A stretch of 64,000 nucleotides of DNA from Bacteroidia bacterium (GCA_033764335.1 JANRJC010000034.1:20899-84898), one strand, 5' to 3'; counted from the first letter of the stretch, positions 9,735 to 19,414 are shown. Numbers and translations: made by a program. Notes: a model not told the origin generated them from the sequence alone.

Positions 9735-9756
9735 TTTCTCGGTTATAACCGAGAAA
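9735..9756. promoter_or_regulatory. Perfect 22-bp palindrome tttctcggttataaccgagaaa upstream of the ATPase pseudogene
   Basis: Direct reading. It lies 29 bp upstream of the ATPase start at 9706. A half-site-like tcggttata recurs at 9771-9779. Confidence 0.7.
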
Positions 9757-9813
9757 TATGGCCTTTTTTTTCGGTTATAGTCTGGAAAAATGGGTAAATG
9801 CAGGTTTTATAAA

Positions 9814-9841
9814 TAAAAAAAGGTCCCTTATAAAGGGACCT
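9814..9841 (-). terminator. Rho-independent terminator of the CHRD gene
   Basis: Stem aggtccctt / aagggacct (9821-9829 / 9833-9841) with a 3-nt loop. On the minus strand it is followed by a T7 run (A7 at 9814-9820). It sits about 30 nt after the stop at 9870. Confidence 0.85.
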
Positions 9842-9869
9842 CCCCATTAGCAATCGAAAAAAAACCACG

Positions 9870-12800
9870 TTACTTTTTCAAAACTTTCAGCGCGGGCAGG
9901 GCCACGGCTGTTTGCTCTAGTTTTACAAAATATACCCCGGAGCCTAATTGGCTGAAATCAATTTCCAGATCGTTATGGCCGGAGCCAATCACAACTTCAC
10001 GGCTGGACACAGTACGGCCCGCCATATCCATCACCCGAAGGGTAGCGCGGGTATGTATCTGGCTTTCGATGACCAGATGTGCGACATCCTGTACCGGTGA
10101 GGGGAAAAAAGAAAGGGTAAACTGATCAAAAATCAATTCGTCAAGTCCCGTAAGTCCGCTGCGAATCAATTGCACCGAAGCTCCCATACCCGGCGTGCTC
10201 ACATTTCCATCCAAAGATAAAGCGCGATGGTAGAGGGTTACGGTATCGCCGATATTTACACCATTTAGGGCAAGCAGGGAATCAATCACTTCAAAAGTGG
10301 TGGAAAAGGTTTGATTGATGCGTACTTTTTCACGAGTGATCATCTGGGTAAAAGCACTGTCTAAAGCCAGTTCCCAAATATAGGTTATCAGGTCGTTGTC
10401 AGGATCGCTGGCCGCCGACCAATCGGCGGTAAATACAGAATCTTCCGGGCCGACGATTTCAATCAAAGCACCATCCGCAGGGGTAGTGATAACGGCATCG
10501 TCATTAGGGAAAAAGTTGGTTTCCGGCAATACCTGCCCACGGAGTTCGCCGGGAGGATTGGCGGCAGAGTGTACGTTCCAATAATAGTTTCCGCTGCGAA
10601 TATCTGCAATCTGCGCAGAATCCAGCACATAACGGTTGCTGTCGGCCTGATATACACCACCAAACTGGTCGGGATCAACCGTCGGTTTTAACCCGATCTT
10701 CACACCGCCATTGGTTCCGTTTGCTCCGATATGAAGGTGGGAAGCCGTATAGTTGAGGGTAAGTGCATTAAAGGAACCGGTAACCACCAGGTTGCTGCCC
10801 GTAAGGCTAAGTTTAATCGCCCCATGTCCCGGTGAGGACAATACGCTCAACTCATTGTCTGCTTTGGCGTGAGCGGTAAAATAAGTAGCGGCAAACGGCA
10901 ACAGGGTTCCCCGTATTTCTCCGGAAGGATTGGCAGTGGTGTGAATATTTACATAAAACAGTCGGTTGAACAAGGAGTCAATCTGGCCGCTACGTGCGGT
11001 AAGGGTATTGTCCACCGCCAAAAACTGGCCGGAAAACCCGCTTGTATCCACGGTAGCTTCCAGCGGAAGTTGAATACTTCCATTTCGCCCCGGATAACCG
11101 ACATGGATATGTGCACCACCGGCGACATTGTGATTAAACTCTGTGTTGAGGTTGTTAAATGATCCCGTAGCTATAAGCCGGGTTCCTGTCCACTCGATAT
11201 TCACCGCACCGGTTCCATTAGTTTTTACGGGGGTTGTGGAGCTTGTTCCCGAAAGCGGAGCCACAAAATAGCTGGTAGCTTCGTGCAACAACTGCCCTCT
11301 TACCTCACCAGGGGGGTAAAGTGTTGTGTGAATATTAGCATACAACATCCTCGATTTCAATGTGTCACGCATTCCGGCAGAAAGGGTAATGGTATTGCTA
11401 TCCGCTTCAAAAATCCCGCCTTTGCCATTGGCATCTAGCGTAGGATGAAGGTGAATGGCGATGCCTCCATTGGAACCTGCGAGTCCAAAATGCAGATGAG
11501 AACCTCCCGCTACTGCCGGATTAAAATCGCCCTGAAGGTTGTTGAAAGAGCCGGTTACGATCATCTGATTGCCGAGAATTTCCGCTTTCAGTGATCCCAT
11601 CCCTGTCGAAATCCGGGGGGAAACATCATTGATCCCGGAAAGGAACCCATTCATCACAAACTGGCTCTGTGGCAATACCTGTCCGCGGAGTTCACCGCTG
11701 GGATTGATGGCGGTATGAATGTTGGCGTACATACGGCGGCTCATCAGGTTTTGTAGCTGGGCTGCACTTACTGCAAAAGAATTGCTGTCAGCCTCAAAGC
11801 GGCCAAACTTGCCGGTGGTGTCCAGTTCGGTATGTAAATGATAGCTGATACCACCGTTACGACCGGCGATATTGGTATGGATATGCGCGCCTCCGGCAAT
11901 TGCCCCATTGAGGGGAGAGCCGAGGTTCTGGAAAGTGCCACTCACGGTGAGCGTGGAATCTTTGTATTCCAAAATCGTTTGGCCGGTACCTCTTACAGTA
12001 AGCGGAGTGGTCTCATTGCTGCCGGAAAGATGGGTGCGAAACACAATTTGCGGCATGGGAAGCACTTGCCCACGGATTTCGCCGGAGGCGACGGTCGTTG
12101 TGTGAATATTCGTGTATAATCCCCGGCCATTCAGGAGGTCAAGTTGCTCCTGAGTAAGGGTAAATGTATTGGAATCTGCCACAAAAATACCGCCTTTAAG
12201 ATTGGCATCCGGGGTGGGAACGAGTTCGATCTGAATGCCGCCATTTTCCCCTGCAAGTCCCTTGTGGAAGTGCGAGCCGCCTGCCACGGCAGGGTTAAAA
12301 TCACCCGTCAGGTTGTTGAACGAGCCCGTTACTACGAGTTGGTTGCCGGTAAGCTCAAGCACGAGCGATCCTTGTCCGTCAGACATAACGGCGGGAACCG
12401 AGTTGCTGCCAAACATCCTCGAACTAAAATAATCGTCGGAAGCGGGAAGCAATTGCCCCCTGATTTCTCCCGAAGCATATTTTGCCGTATGAATATTGAC
12501 ATACAACTGGCGGGAGTTTAAGGCATCAATCTGTGCCTGAGTAAGGGTAAAGGTGTTGGAATCTGCCGGAAAAGTGCCACCTCTGAGGTTAGCGTCGAGT
12601 TCGGTATGCAAATGAATCTGAATACCGCCATTACGACCGGCATATCCCTGGTGAAAATGTGCGCCGCCGGCGACATTGGGGTTAAAATCACTCACAAGTC
12701 CGCTGAATGACCCTGTAACCACGAGTTCGGTACCCGTAAGGGTAGCAGTTACCTCTCCCTTTCCGGTGGTAAGGATGGGGAATGTACTTTGGTTTCCGCT

Positions 12801-12923
12801 GAGTTTTGCCACAAATTGTGTTTGGGCAATGGCCGTCATGCCGCTGAAGAAAAATATCAGCAGCAGAGCCGGGATTTGCTTTAAAACCCTGTTTTTGAGC
12901 AGGAGGAGTTGAGTTTTGTTCAT
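9870..12923 (-). CDS. Secreted protein with six tandem CHRD domains and a T9SS C-terminal sorting domain
   Basis: Signal peptide from the ATG at 12923 (MNKTQLLLLKNRVLKQIPALLLIFFFSGMTAIAQ). Six repeats of about 128 aa each contain G-SF..L......N..VAGGxH(F/I/L)H.G.AG.NGGI...L ... ADSNTFTL ... LY.NIHT....SGE(I/L)RGQ(L/V)LP, the CHRD signature. The C-terminal 80 aa or so end ...GSGVYFVKLEQTAVALPALKVLKK, typical of a Por/T9SS CTD. Confidence 0.85.
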   Translation of the reverse strand: MNKTQLLLLKNRVLKQIPALLLIFFFSGMTAIAQTQFVAKLSGNQSTFPILTTGKGEVTATLTGTELVVTGSFSGLVSDFNPNVAGGAHFHQGYAGRNGGIQIHLHTELDANLRGGTFPADSNTFTLTQAQIDALNSRQLYVNIHTAKYASGEIRGQLLPASDDYFSSRMFGSNSVPAVMSDGQGSLVLELTGNQLVVTGSFNNLTGDFNPAVAGGSHFHKGLAGENGGIQIELVPTPDANLKGGIFVADSNTFTLTQEQLDLLNGRGLYTNIHTTTVASGEIRGQVLPMPQIVFRTHLSGSNETTPLTVRGTGQTILEYKDSTLTVSGTFQNLGSPLNGAIAGGAHIHTNIAGRNGGISYHLHTELDTTGKFGRFEADSNSFAVSAAQLQNLMSRRMYANIHTAINPSGELRGQVLPQSQFVMNGFLSGINDVSPRISTGMGSLKAEILGNQMIVTGSFNNLQGDFNPAVAGGSHLHFGLAGSNGGIAIHLHPTLDANGKGGIFEADSNTITLSAGMRDTLKSRMLYANIHTTLYPPGEVRGQLLHEATSYFVAPLSGTSSTTPVKTNGTGAVNIEWTGTRLIATGSFNNLNTEFNHNVAGGAHIHVGYPGRNGSIQLPLEATVDTSGFSGQFLAVDNTLTARSGQIDSLFNRLFYVNIHTTANPSGEIRGTLLPFAATYFTAHAKADNELSVLSSPGHGAIKLSLTGSNLVVTGSFNALTLNYTASHLHIGANGTNGGVKIGLKPTVDPDQFGGVYQADSNRYVLDSAQIADIRSGNYYWNVHSAANPPGELRGQVLPETNFFPNDDAVITTPADGALIEIVGPEDSVFTADWSAASDPDNDLITYIWELALDSAFTQMITREKVRINQTFSTTFEVIDSLLALNGVNIGDTVTLYHRALSLDGNVSTPGMGASVQLIRSGLTGLDELIFDQFTLSFFPSPVQDVAHLVIESQIHTRATLRVMDMAGRTVSSREVVIGSGHNDLEIDFSQLGSGVYFVKLEQTAVALPALKVLKK

Positions 12924-13090
12924 AGGTAAGTAGTGTTTAAGTAAGTAGTAATCGCAAAATTTAATCATGCGAAACCCTGCCCTCGGTTTGACTTAGGCAG
13001 GGTGTTCGCTTCTGAATTGGAGAGCTACGATAAACATAACTCGCCTTCATCTGACAAAGAAAAGTTTGATGTTGTAACGGTAATTCCTTC

Positions 13091-13126
13091 GACTGAAACG
13101 GGAAAAAGAGTGACTGAAACGGGAAG
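13091..13126. promoter_or_regulatory. Direct repeat gactgaaacgggaa x2 with 21-bp periodicity in a divergent promoter region (candidate response-regulator operator)
   Basis: Identical 14-mers at 13091-13104 and 13112-13125. They lie between the CHRD gene (-) and the lipoprotein gene (+). Confidence 0.45.
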
Positions 13127-13210
13127 AATCATAGATCACAATTATTTTTTCTTGAACTTCCTTGAATAAAGGTTAATACAGCGTATCGAGATTATTTATA
13201 AATTGCCGAT

Positions 13211-13693
13211 ATGAAGTATCCAATGAAAAAAACAGCCTTATTTAAAATATGGGGGATTATTATCCCACTAATGGCAATATCCTGCAAAGAAGATCTGCCT
13301 CCCGTCATACAGGAACCGCCGGTGAGTCACAGCGATATGCTGATCTGTCATCATACTATCGTATGGGATTCCATTACGACTCGCAATGCTTTAATCGGAA
13401 AATGGCAATGGGAGTATATCACTTGTTATGGAAATCCGGAAGAGGCAAACTACGATGATTATAAAGACATGTTCGTGGAGTTTAAAGCCGATAATACATT
13501 GGAAGTAAAAATGAATGAGCAAATCACCCAGACCGTCACCTGGGATTTGAAGTCGGGAGAGGCCAATGTTTGGATAATGAAGGTCGAACCCCTCGTTCCG
13601 CAGATAGTGGGTCGGATTATACTTTGTGGCGACAGAGTAGAGTTTCAGGACAGCTATACCGACGGATGCGACAATTATTTTAAGCGGAAGTAG
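13211..13693 (+). CDS. Hypothetical lipoprotein
   Basis: Lipobox-like signal (MKKTALFKIWGIIIPLMAISC|KED). No recognisable catalytic motif. Confidence 0.6.
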   Translation: MKYPMKKTALFKIWGIIIPLMAISCKEDLPPVIQEPPVSHSDMLICHHTIVWDSITTRNALIGKWQWEYITCYGNPEEANYDDYKDMFVEFKADNTLEVKMNEQITQTVTWDLKSGEANVWIMKVEPLVPQIVGRIILCGDRVEFQDSYTDGCDNYFKRK

Positions 13694-13745
13694 GGTTAGG
13701 TAAGATGAGCTATAAAGTATAACTCTCCGGTTTTGTCCACGACCG

Positions 13746-14522
13746 CTATTCTCCCCCTCCCGTAAGCCAACGTTTGAATGTCGCGGCTCTTTCGGAGCTT
13801 ACAATGGTGTCGTCGTCCACCGGGGGGTTCAGATTGATTTTGACGCGAGACTTGGAGTAAGTGTACATCTGGTCAATGGCGCTGATGTTGATGATAAATT
13901 TACGGTTGATGCGGAAAAACTTTTTGGGATCCAACATAGCCTCCAACTGATCGAGATTATAATCCATCGGATAACTTTTTCCTCCGTGGGTCTTCATGAA
14001 AGTGACGCGTGAATCCACATAAAAATAAGCGGCTTCCGTAATCTCTATGGCTTTGATATGCTGGCCATACCGGATGACCATACGTTGCGGATATTCGGTT
14101 CGGTTTTTTTCCAGCGCCGCTGCCAGTTTGGTGTAATCGAGGTTTTCGAGGATTAGTTTATTTTTGTCGTAGATCTGCCGGAATTTTTCCAAGCTGCTAC
14201 TCAATTCTTCTTTTTTGACGGGTTTGAGCAAATAGTCCACACTATTCACTTTAAATGCTTTGACCGCATATTCATCATAAGCCGTGGTAAAAATGATGGG
14301 AACTTTTACTTCCACCTCCGAAAAAATTTCGAAAGAAGAGCCATCGGCAAGGTGAATATCAAGCAAAATCAAATCGGGATGCGGATGGCTGCGAAACCAT
14401 TCTACCGCAGCCTCCACGCTGTCAAGTACCGCTACAATCTCCGATTCCGGCGATATTTCAGCGATCATTTTTTCCAGCCGTTGAGAGGCGTTTAGTTCGT
14501 CTTCGATGATGAGGATTTTCAT
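13746..14522 (-). CDS. LytR/AlgR-family response regulator (REC + LytTR DNA-binding domain)
   Basis: REC domain (MKILIIEDE ... DLILLDIHLADGSSFEIF ... PIIFTTAYDEYAVKAF) and a C-terminal LytTR domain (FFRINRKFIINISAI). Its start overlaps the kinase stop (ATGA at 14519-14522). Confidence 0.9.
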   Translation of the reverse strand: MKILIIEDELNASQRLEKMIAEISPESEIVAVLDSVEAAVEWFRSHPHPDLILLDIHLADGSSFEIFSEVEVKVPIIFTTAYDEYAVKAFKVNSVDYLLKPVKKEELSSSLEKFRQIYDKNKLILENLDYTKLAAALEKNRTEYPQRMVIRYGQHIKAIEITEAAYFYVDSRVTFMKTHGGKSYPMDYNLDQLEAMLDPKKFFRINRKFIINISAIDQMYTYSKSRVKINLNPPVDDDTIVSSERAATFKRWLTGGGE

Positions 14523-17446
14523 AACGTAGTTTCGTTTTTCAACAGAGGAATATGCACAAGAAAATGGGTTTTCGTAACTTCAATAATCACCTCCTGGTCG
14601 GACAACAACCGATAACGATGCACGATATTCTGAAGTCCCATCTGGGTTGATGGGGCTTTTTCACGCCGCACCTGAAGATTGTTTTGTACCGTGAGATAAC
14701 CGCTTTTGTGGGAATGAATGTCCACTCGCAAGGGTTTTGACCGGGAAACAATATTGTGCTTTAAGGCATTTTCAACCAATAACTGCAAGGTAAGCGGGGG
14801 CACGCTGCTTCCGGTTCGAAGGGATTCTTCAACTTCCAGATTCACCTGGAAATTGTCGCCATACCGGTGTTTCTGGAGGAAATGAAAATTTTCGAAAAGG
14901 GTCAGTTCCTCCTTTAGGGAAATCACCGCCTGATGTCGGTAAGCCAATATATTGCGGAATAAATCGGACAGTTTTTCCACGTATTTCACCGCCACTTCCT
15001 GATCATTTTCGATAATGGAAATCAGGGTATTAAAGCTGTTAAACAAAAAATGAGGGTTAATCTGACTCTTCAGGGTTTCAAACTGAGATTCGATTTTTTC
15101 TTTTTCGAGTCTTTCGGTACGGCGAAGTCGTTTTTCCCAGTTTTTCACCCAAATATAGGTAAGGGTTATTCCCACAGTTATCGCCAATAAAAAAAACCAC
15201 CAGGTCTGCCAAAACGGTTTGTTGATATGAAAGGTATAACTTACCACCCGCGACCGGGAAAAATCGCCTAATAAAGAGGAACGCAACTCAAAAGTATATG
15301 TACCCGAAGAAAGGCTCGGATAAATGGCCTGTTGGTTGCGCGACTCTACCCAGTCAATGTCGTATCCTACCAGTCGGTGTTCATACCGGACATTACGAGG
15401 TGCCTGATACCAAAGTCCCACGTAGTTGAAGCTGACGTGATTTTCGTTATAGGCCAGATTCATCGGATCGCGGTCGCCGATGTCTTCCAAGAAAATTTTA
15501 ACGCCGGTAATGCGGGTTGCCGGGGCAAATTGAGTCTGAAGTTCCGAAGGGCTAAAACGAATCAGTTTGCCGTTGGCTCCGATCCATATTCGTCCCTTTT
15601 TATCGCGGTCTATTACATTCAATTCTTCTCCGATATTACTGACACCTACATCCTGCTCCAATTCGACAATACGCCCCGAGGAAGGATAATACATATCAAT
15701 ATGGGTAGGATAGGTAATCAATAAAGCCTGGTCGCTTACCACCGCAAAGGAGGAAATAGTCGCGACATCGGTACGGGCAAAGATCAGGGTGTCTTCTTCT
15801 CCGTTTTCCGGAATCCGGCAGACGCCTTTTTCTTCGGTACTAAACCATAAGTTTCCGGAAGGGTCTTCGTCTATGCCAAAAACCGTTTCGCGATCCAGCC
15901 CCTCGATGGTGCTGATTTCCCCGTCTTCCCACATACTTACTCCTTTGCCATCGGTGGCAAACCATACGCGGCCTTTTTTGTCCACATATACCTGGTATAT
16001 ATAATCAATGCTGAGACCGTCTGCCCGGCTATATCGGTCAAATCCCACAACCGCTCCCTGGTCATCAAGTCGGAAGCGAGAAACTCCGCCAAAGGTTGCA
16101 AACCATATTTCATTGCCTTTTCCGTCAATGGACATAACATGGTCGTTGGCGAGGCCATCTTTTTCTCTGTACGGGCGTTTCTGCCCGGTTTTTATATCCA
16201 GATGCCATACTCCGTCGCCGATTGTACCGAGCCAAAGGTTGCCGGTTTCATCTTCGTAAATGCTGACGATATTCGCCGAAAAACTCGATGCTTTTTTTTC
16301 GGTTTTCCCCGTGGTGCGGTTATAACAAAATAGCCCGTCTTCGGTACTATACCAGACATTGGATTTCCCGCAATGAATACTCAATACCTGCTTTTCTGCC
16401 GGTTCGAAAGAAAGGGATTCGTAGGTGCTTTGTATTCCTCGGGTATGCACTGACACCCAAACATTTCCTTCGCGGTCGGCGAGCATATCATAGATTTGTG
16501 TTTTCTCCTTTTCGATTGGGTGAAATTGCCCATCTTCCCATACCCAAAGGTCGTCGTGTTCGGTACCGACCCATACCGAAGAAGCCAGCGGAAGCAGACT
16601 GGAAACCGATCCCGAAATCCAGCCGGAAAGTGTGTGGAATTTTTTCGTAGAAAGCGTGTAATATCCCACCCCGCCGTCATACATACCGATCCACATTTCA
16701 CCCGAGGGTGCATAGACGATTTCGCGCACGATATTGTCGGGCAATCCGTCTTTTTGGTCGAGGATTTCCACCTTTTTTTCTCCTTTTTCTAGGTAACAAA
16801 TGCCTATTCCCCGGTCGGTACCTGCCCATATTCGTTTTTGATTGTCAGCGGCAATAACATAAACATCATTGTCGGGCAATCCATCGTCGGCATTGAGGGA
16901 ATACAATCGGTTTTTAAACCAATAGTACAAACCTTCGCCGTAGGTACTGATCCAGATATTTGCTTCTGCGTCTTCCTGAAAACCGGTAATAGGAACGACC
17001 GGTGTTCCCTCCTCCGGTTCAAATGCCGCAATTTTTCCCTGAGAGAGAATGTCTATTTTCCCCGACTCATACCCGATCCAGAGTTGCTGGTTTGCACTCT
17101 CATAAATAGCGGTTACCGACCGTTCTGTTGTTGAATCGGAAACCAACACAGGCCGCCAGTTGATCCCGTCAAAAGAAAACAGTCCCGACTTTGTGCCGGC
17201 CCAGATGAAGCCGTTGCTATCTTGGTACAACAGTTTTGCGTGGACATTTTCTCCGGGAGAGGGATGCGAAATAAAAATGGGTACCTGCCCGTAACTTTTA
17301 ACATTCAGAATTAGACAAAACAGGAGAAACAACACCCAGTGAGGCCATCGAAAAAGAGTATGAGAGGATAAAAACAGGGGCAAATCACGCATGGCTTTCC
17401 CGATTGATTTAGCGTTCGGAGGCGCTTTTTTGGACCATTTCTGCAT
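14519..17446 (-). CDS. Sensor histidine kinase with periplasmic beta-propeller/Y_Y_Y sensor and LytS-type (His_kinase/HATPase) transmitter
   Basis: Repeated two-component-regulator-propeller motifs (GLPDN.V..I..D..G..WIGT..G), then a Y_Y_Y-like segment (YEHRLVGYDIDW ... GTYTFELR), a TM helix, NPHFLFNSFNTLISII (PF06580-type H box) and LVENALKHN. The start may be the internal ATG at 17392, because 17409-17446 overlaps the yceI-like gene. Confidence 0.85.
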   Translation of the reverse strand: MQKWSKKAPPNAKSIGKAMRDLPLFLSSHTLFRWPHWVLFLLFCLILNVKSYGQVPIFISHPSPGENVHAKLLYQDSNGFIWAGTKSGLFSFDGINWRPVLVSDSTTERSVTAIYESANQQLWIGYESGKIDILSQGKIAAFEPEEGTPVVPITGFQEDAEANIWISTYGEGLYYWFKNRLYSLNADDGLPDNDVYVIAADNQKRIWAGTDRGIGICYLEKGEKKVEILDQKDGLPDNIVREIVYAPSGEMWIGMYDGGVGYYTLSTKKFHTLSGWISGSVSSLLPLASSVWVGTEHDDLWVWEDGQFHPIEKEKTQIYDMLADREGNVWVSVHTRGIQSTYESLSFEPAEKQVLSIHCGKSNVWYSTEDGLFCYNRTTGKTEKKASSFSANIVSIYEDETGNLWLGTIGDGVWHLDIKTGQKRPYREKDGLANDHVMSIDGKGNEIWFATFGGVSRFRLDDQGAVVGFDRYSRADGLSIDYIYQVYVDKKGRVWFATDGKGVSMWEDGEISTIEGLDRETVFGIDEDPSGNLWFSTEEKGVCRIPENGEEDTLIFARTDVATISSFAVVSDQALLITYPTHIDMYYPSSGRIVELEQDVGVSNIGEELNVIDRDKKGRIWIGANGKLIRFSPSELQTQFAPATRITGVKIFLEDIGDRDPMNLAYNENHVSFNYVGLWYQAPRNVRYEHRLVGYDIDWVESRNQQAIYPSLSSGTYTFELRSSLLGDFSRSRVVSYTFHINKPFWQTWWFFLLAITVGITLTYIWVKNWEKRLRRTERLEKEKIESQFETLKSQINPHFLFNSFNTLISIIENDQEVAVKYVEKLSDLFRNILAYRHQAVISLKEELTLFENFHFLQKHRYGDNFQVNLEVEESLRTGSSVPPLTLQLLVENALKHNIVSRSKPLRVDIHSHKSGYLTVQNNLQVRREKAPSTQMGLQNIVHRYRLLSDQEVIIEVTKTHFLVHIPLLKNETTL

Positions 17447-17978
17447 TTACATGAACTTCGATTTCTTCCGCGATTTTCTGGCTTACAATTTTAGGAATCG
17501 AAATATTGTGATCCGATAAAAGTACGGAAAACCTTGCATCAATGGTGATTTTTCCTTCTGCAACAGTTACCGTACTTCGAATAATTCTCTCCTGAGATAC
17601 GCCATGAATGGTGAGTTGCCCTTTTGCGCGCACCGTTGTTTCGCCTTTGCGGTTAATGTCTATGGATTCGATCATTTTACCCTGAAAAGTAGCATGAGGG
17701 TAAACATCACTTTCCATAAATTTTTCATTAAAATGTTCGTGCTGAAGCGGACTATTAAATCCCCGGAAACTCTGAACCCCAATGGTAAATGCAAAAGTGT
17801 TTTTTTCCGTGTTCAGTGCGCCTCGGAGGCTAGAAGAAGATGCTGTGATCAGTTCCAGCGGTGCATTCGAGGTAAAGTCTATTTTCCCGTCTGTGGTAGC
17901 GAATATTCCCGCCGCAGAGGGAGAAATAACACTAAGCAGTGTGAGTGGAAAAAACAGGATGTGAATAAAAAATAACAT
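17409..17978 (-). CDS. YceI-like periplasmic lipid/polyisoprenoid-binding protein
   Basis: Signal peptide plus YceI-type pattern (KIDFTSNAPLELITASS ... FNEKFMESDVYPHATFQG ... GQLTIHGVS). Confidence 0.7.
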   Translation of the reverse strand: MLFFIHILFFPLTLLSVISPSAAGIFATTDGKIDFTSNAPLELITASSSSLRGALNTEKNTFAFTIGVQSFRGFNSPLQHEHFNEKFMESDVYPHATFQGKMIESIDINRKGETTVRAKGQLTIHGVSQERIIRSTVTVAEGKITIDARFSVLLSDHNISIPKIVSQKIAEEIEVHVNAEMVQKSASER

Positions 17979-18119
17979 GGGCTTATTATATGCGGATAAA
18001 ACTATATCCTCGTGTCGGGATTATAAATAAAAACTGACTGTAACCGGAAAATCAAAGTTTGTATGCGGAAAATCAGCCTTTATCTTCCGACTATGAAGAT
18101 AATTATTTATACGTGGGAT

Positions 18120-19388
18120 TCATACTTGCACAGGGGGCACATGTGCATTTCGCAGGAAAGGAGCCTGAAAAGCCAGTATTGCATTAAAACAGGCGTAAAA
18201 ATTCACCCCCAACTGACGACTCAGCAGGGATTCTGTCAGGCAGGAAAGTGCAAAAAGTATCACAAAACCCAGATAAAGGTAGTTTTTTCGCCGAATGGCA
18301 AACCCTGCGGAAAAGACAAAACAGGCAATAAGATAGATCATACCCACCAGGCCGAGTGCTACGGCGGTTTCAAGGTACTGATTATGGGCATTCAGACGGG
18401 TTTTGTAGCCGTAAGCAAATCCGCCATCTCGGTAGGACTCCGCCAATTCGTCCAGCGAATCGCCGGTGCCCACCCCTAACCAGGGGTGGTTGACGATTAA
18501 GCCAAAGGCTTTATCCCAGATATAAACCCGGACGGCTTTGCCGCTATGTTCAATTTTACCGGTATAAGATTCTCCCGAGGAAAAAATATCCTTAAATCGC
18601 GCCTGATTGGCTGGATTGGAAAATATCAGTAAAAAGGCTATCACGCCGGTTGCTACCGTAAGTCCCAAACCTGCCATGAGTTTCCCCCGCTGATAGAAAA
18701 TATAGAGGAGGATCATACCAAATAAGGCCAGCAAAATCAAAATCTGCATTCGCGCCGACAACATCAAAACCAGGGAGAATAACACGACCATCTGTAAAAT
18801 ATTCCGAATAGGATAAACCTTCTCCCCATACCGGCGGCGATCGTACCAAAGCCAGCCTAATGCCAAAATTGCCAGATTCAGGAAAAGAGAAAAATAAGTA
18901 GGATGAAGGAAAATGTATCCGGAAAATTGGAAGTAGGTAAAATAATACGGATCGGGGATAACCTTACCGGTATGGTAATTTTCATACAAAGCAAGCCCCA
19001 CACATATCGCTCCGGCAAACAGGCTTGCAGAAACAAAGGCTCGAATAATGAGGTTAAATTCCGACCGGGTGAGTTTTTTCGCGGTAACAGTTACCAAAGG
19101 AAAAAAGAGTAAGGGAAGTTTGACAATCAGCGATTTGCTCGCAGGTTCGAGGTTTACGGTATATAACAGGCCAAACAAATGGATGGCATAAAACCCCATA
19201 AACAGCCATATAAACCGCTTTTTTTTAATAATTCCCCACTTTTTCCGGAAATCACCTTCAACGACCCAGTTTGCTACCAGTACCAAAAGTGAAATTGACA
19301 ATAAGGCCCGGGATAAGGGTAGTGCCACAACTGCCAGAATCAGCCCTGCCAGAAAAATACGATGATGTAGTTGCGCTTTATTCCACAT
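18120..19388 (-). CDS. O-antigen ligase/polymerase-like (Wzy_C) integral membrane protein
   Basis: 422 aa with about 10-12 TM helices and a large loop containing HNQYLETAVALGLVG, typical of the O-antigen ligase family. Confidence 0.7.
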   Translation of the reverse strand: MWNKAQLHHRIFLAGLILAVVALPLSRALLSISLLVLVANWVVEGDFRKKWGIIKKKRFIWLFMGFYAIHLFGLLYTVNLEPASKSLIVKLPLLFFPLVTVTAKKLTRSEFNLIIRAFVSASLFAGAICVGLALYENYHTGKVIPDPYYFTYFQFSGYIFLHPTYFSLFLNLAILALGWLWYDRRRYGEKVYPIRNILQMVVLFSLVLMLSARMQILILLALFGMILLYIFYQRGKLMAGLGLTVATGVIAFLLIFSNPANQARFKDIFSSGESYTGKIEHSGKAVRVYIWDKAFGLIVNHPWLGVGTGDSLDELAESYRDGGFAYGYKTRLNAHNQYLETAVALGLVGMIYLIACFVFSAGFAIRRKNYLYLGFVILFALSCLTESLLSRQLGVNFYACFNAILAFQAPFLRNAHVPPVQV

Positions 19389-19414
19389 ATCTACACCTAA
19401 CGTGTAAAAATGCC

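Noticed and set aside
10500-12815. Periodic (about 385-bp) repetition at the DNA level, considered as a CRISPR or satellite array
   Set aside because: The periodicity is the coding repeat of six diverged CHRD domains in one continuous ORF. There are no short identical direct repeats with unique spacers, and I saw no CRISPR array anywhere in the window.
17409-17446. 38-nt overlap between the histidine kinase ORF and the yceI-like gene
   Set aside because: It is probably an artefact of choosing the longest ORF. An internal ATG at 17392 (MRDLPLF...) precedes the first TM helix and removes the overlap.
18063-18479. 138-aa + strand ORF
   Set aside because: It is antisense to the multi-TM O-antigen-ligase-like gene and has no independent support.
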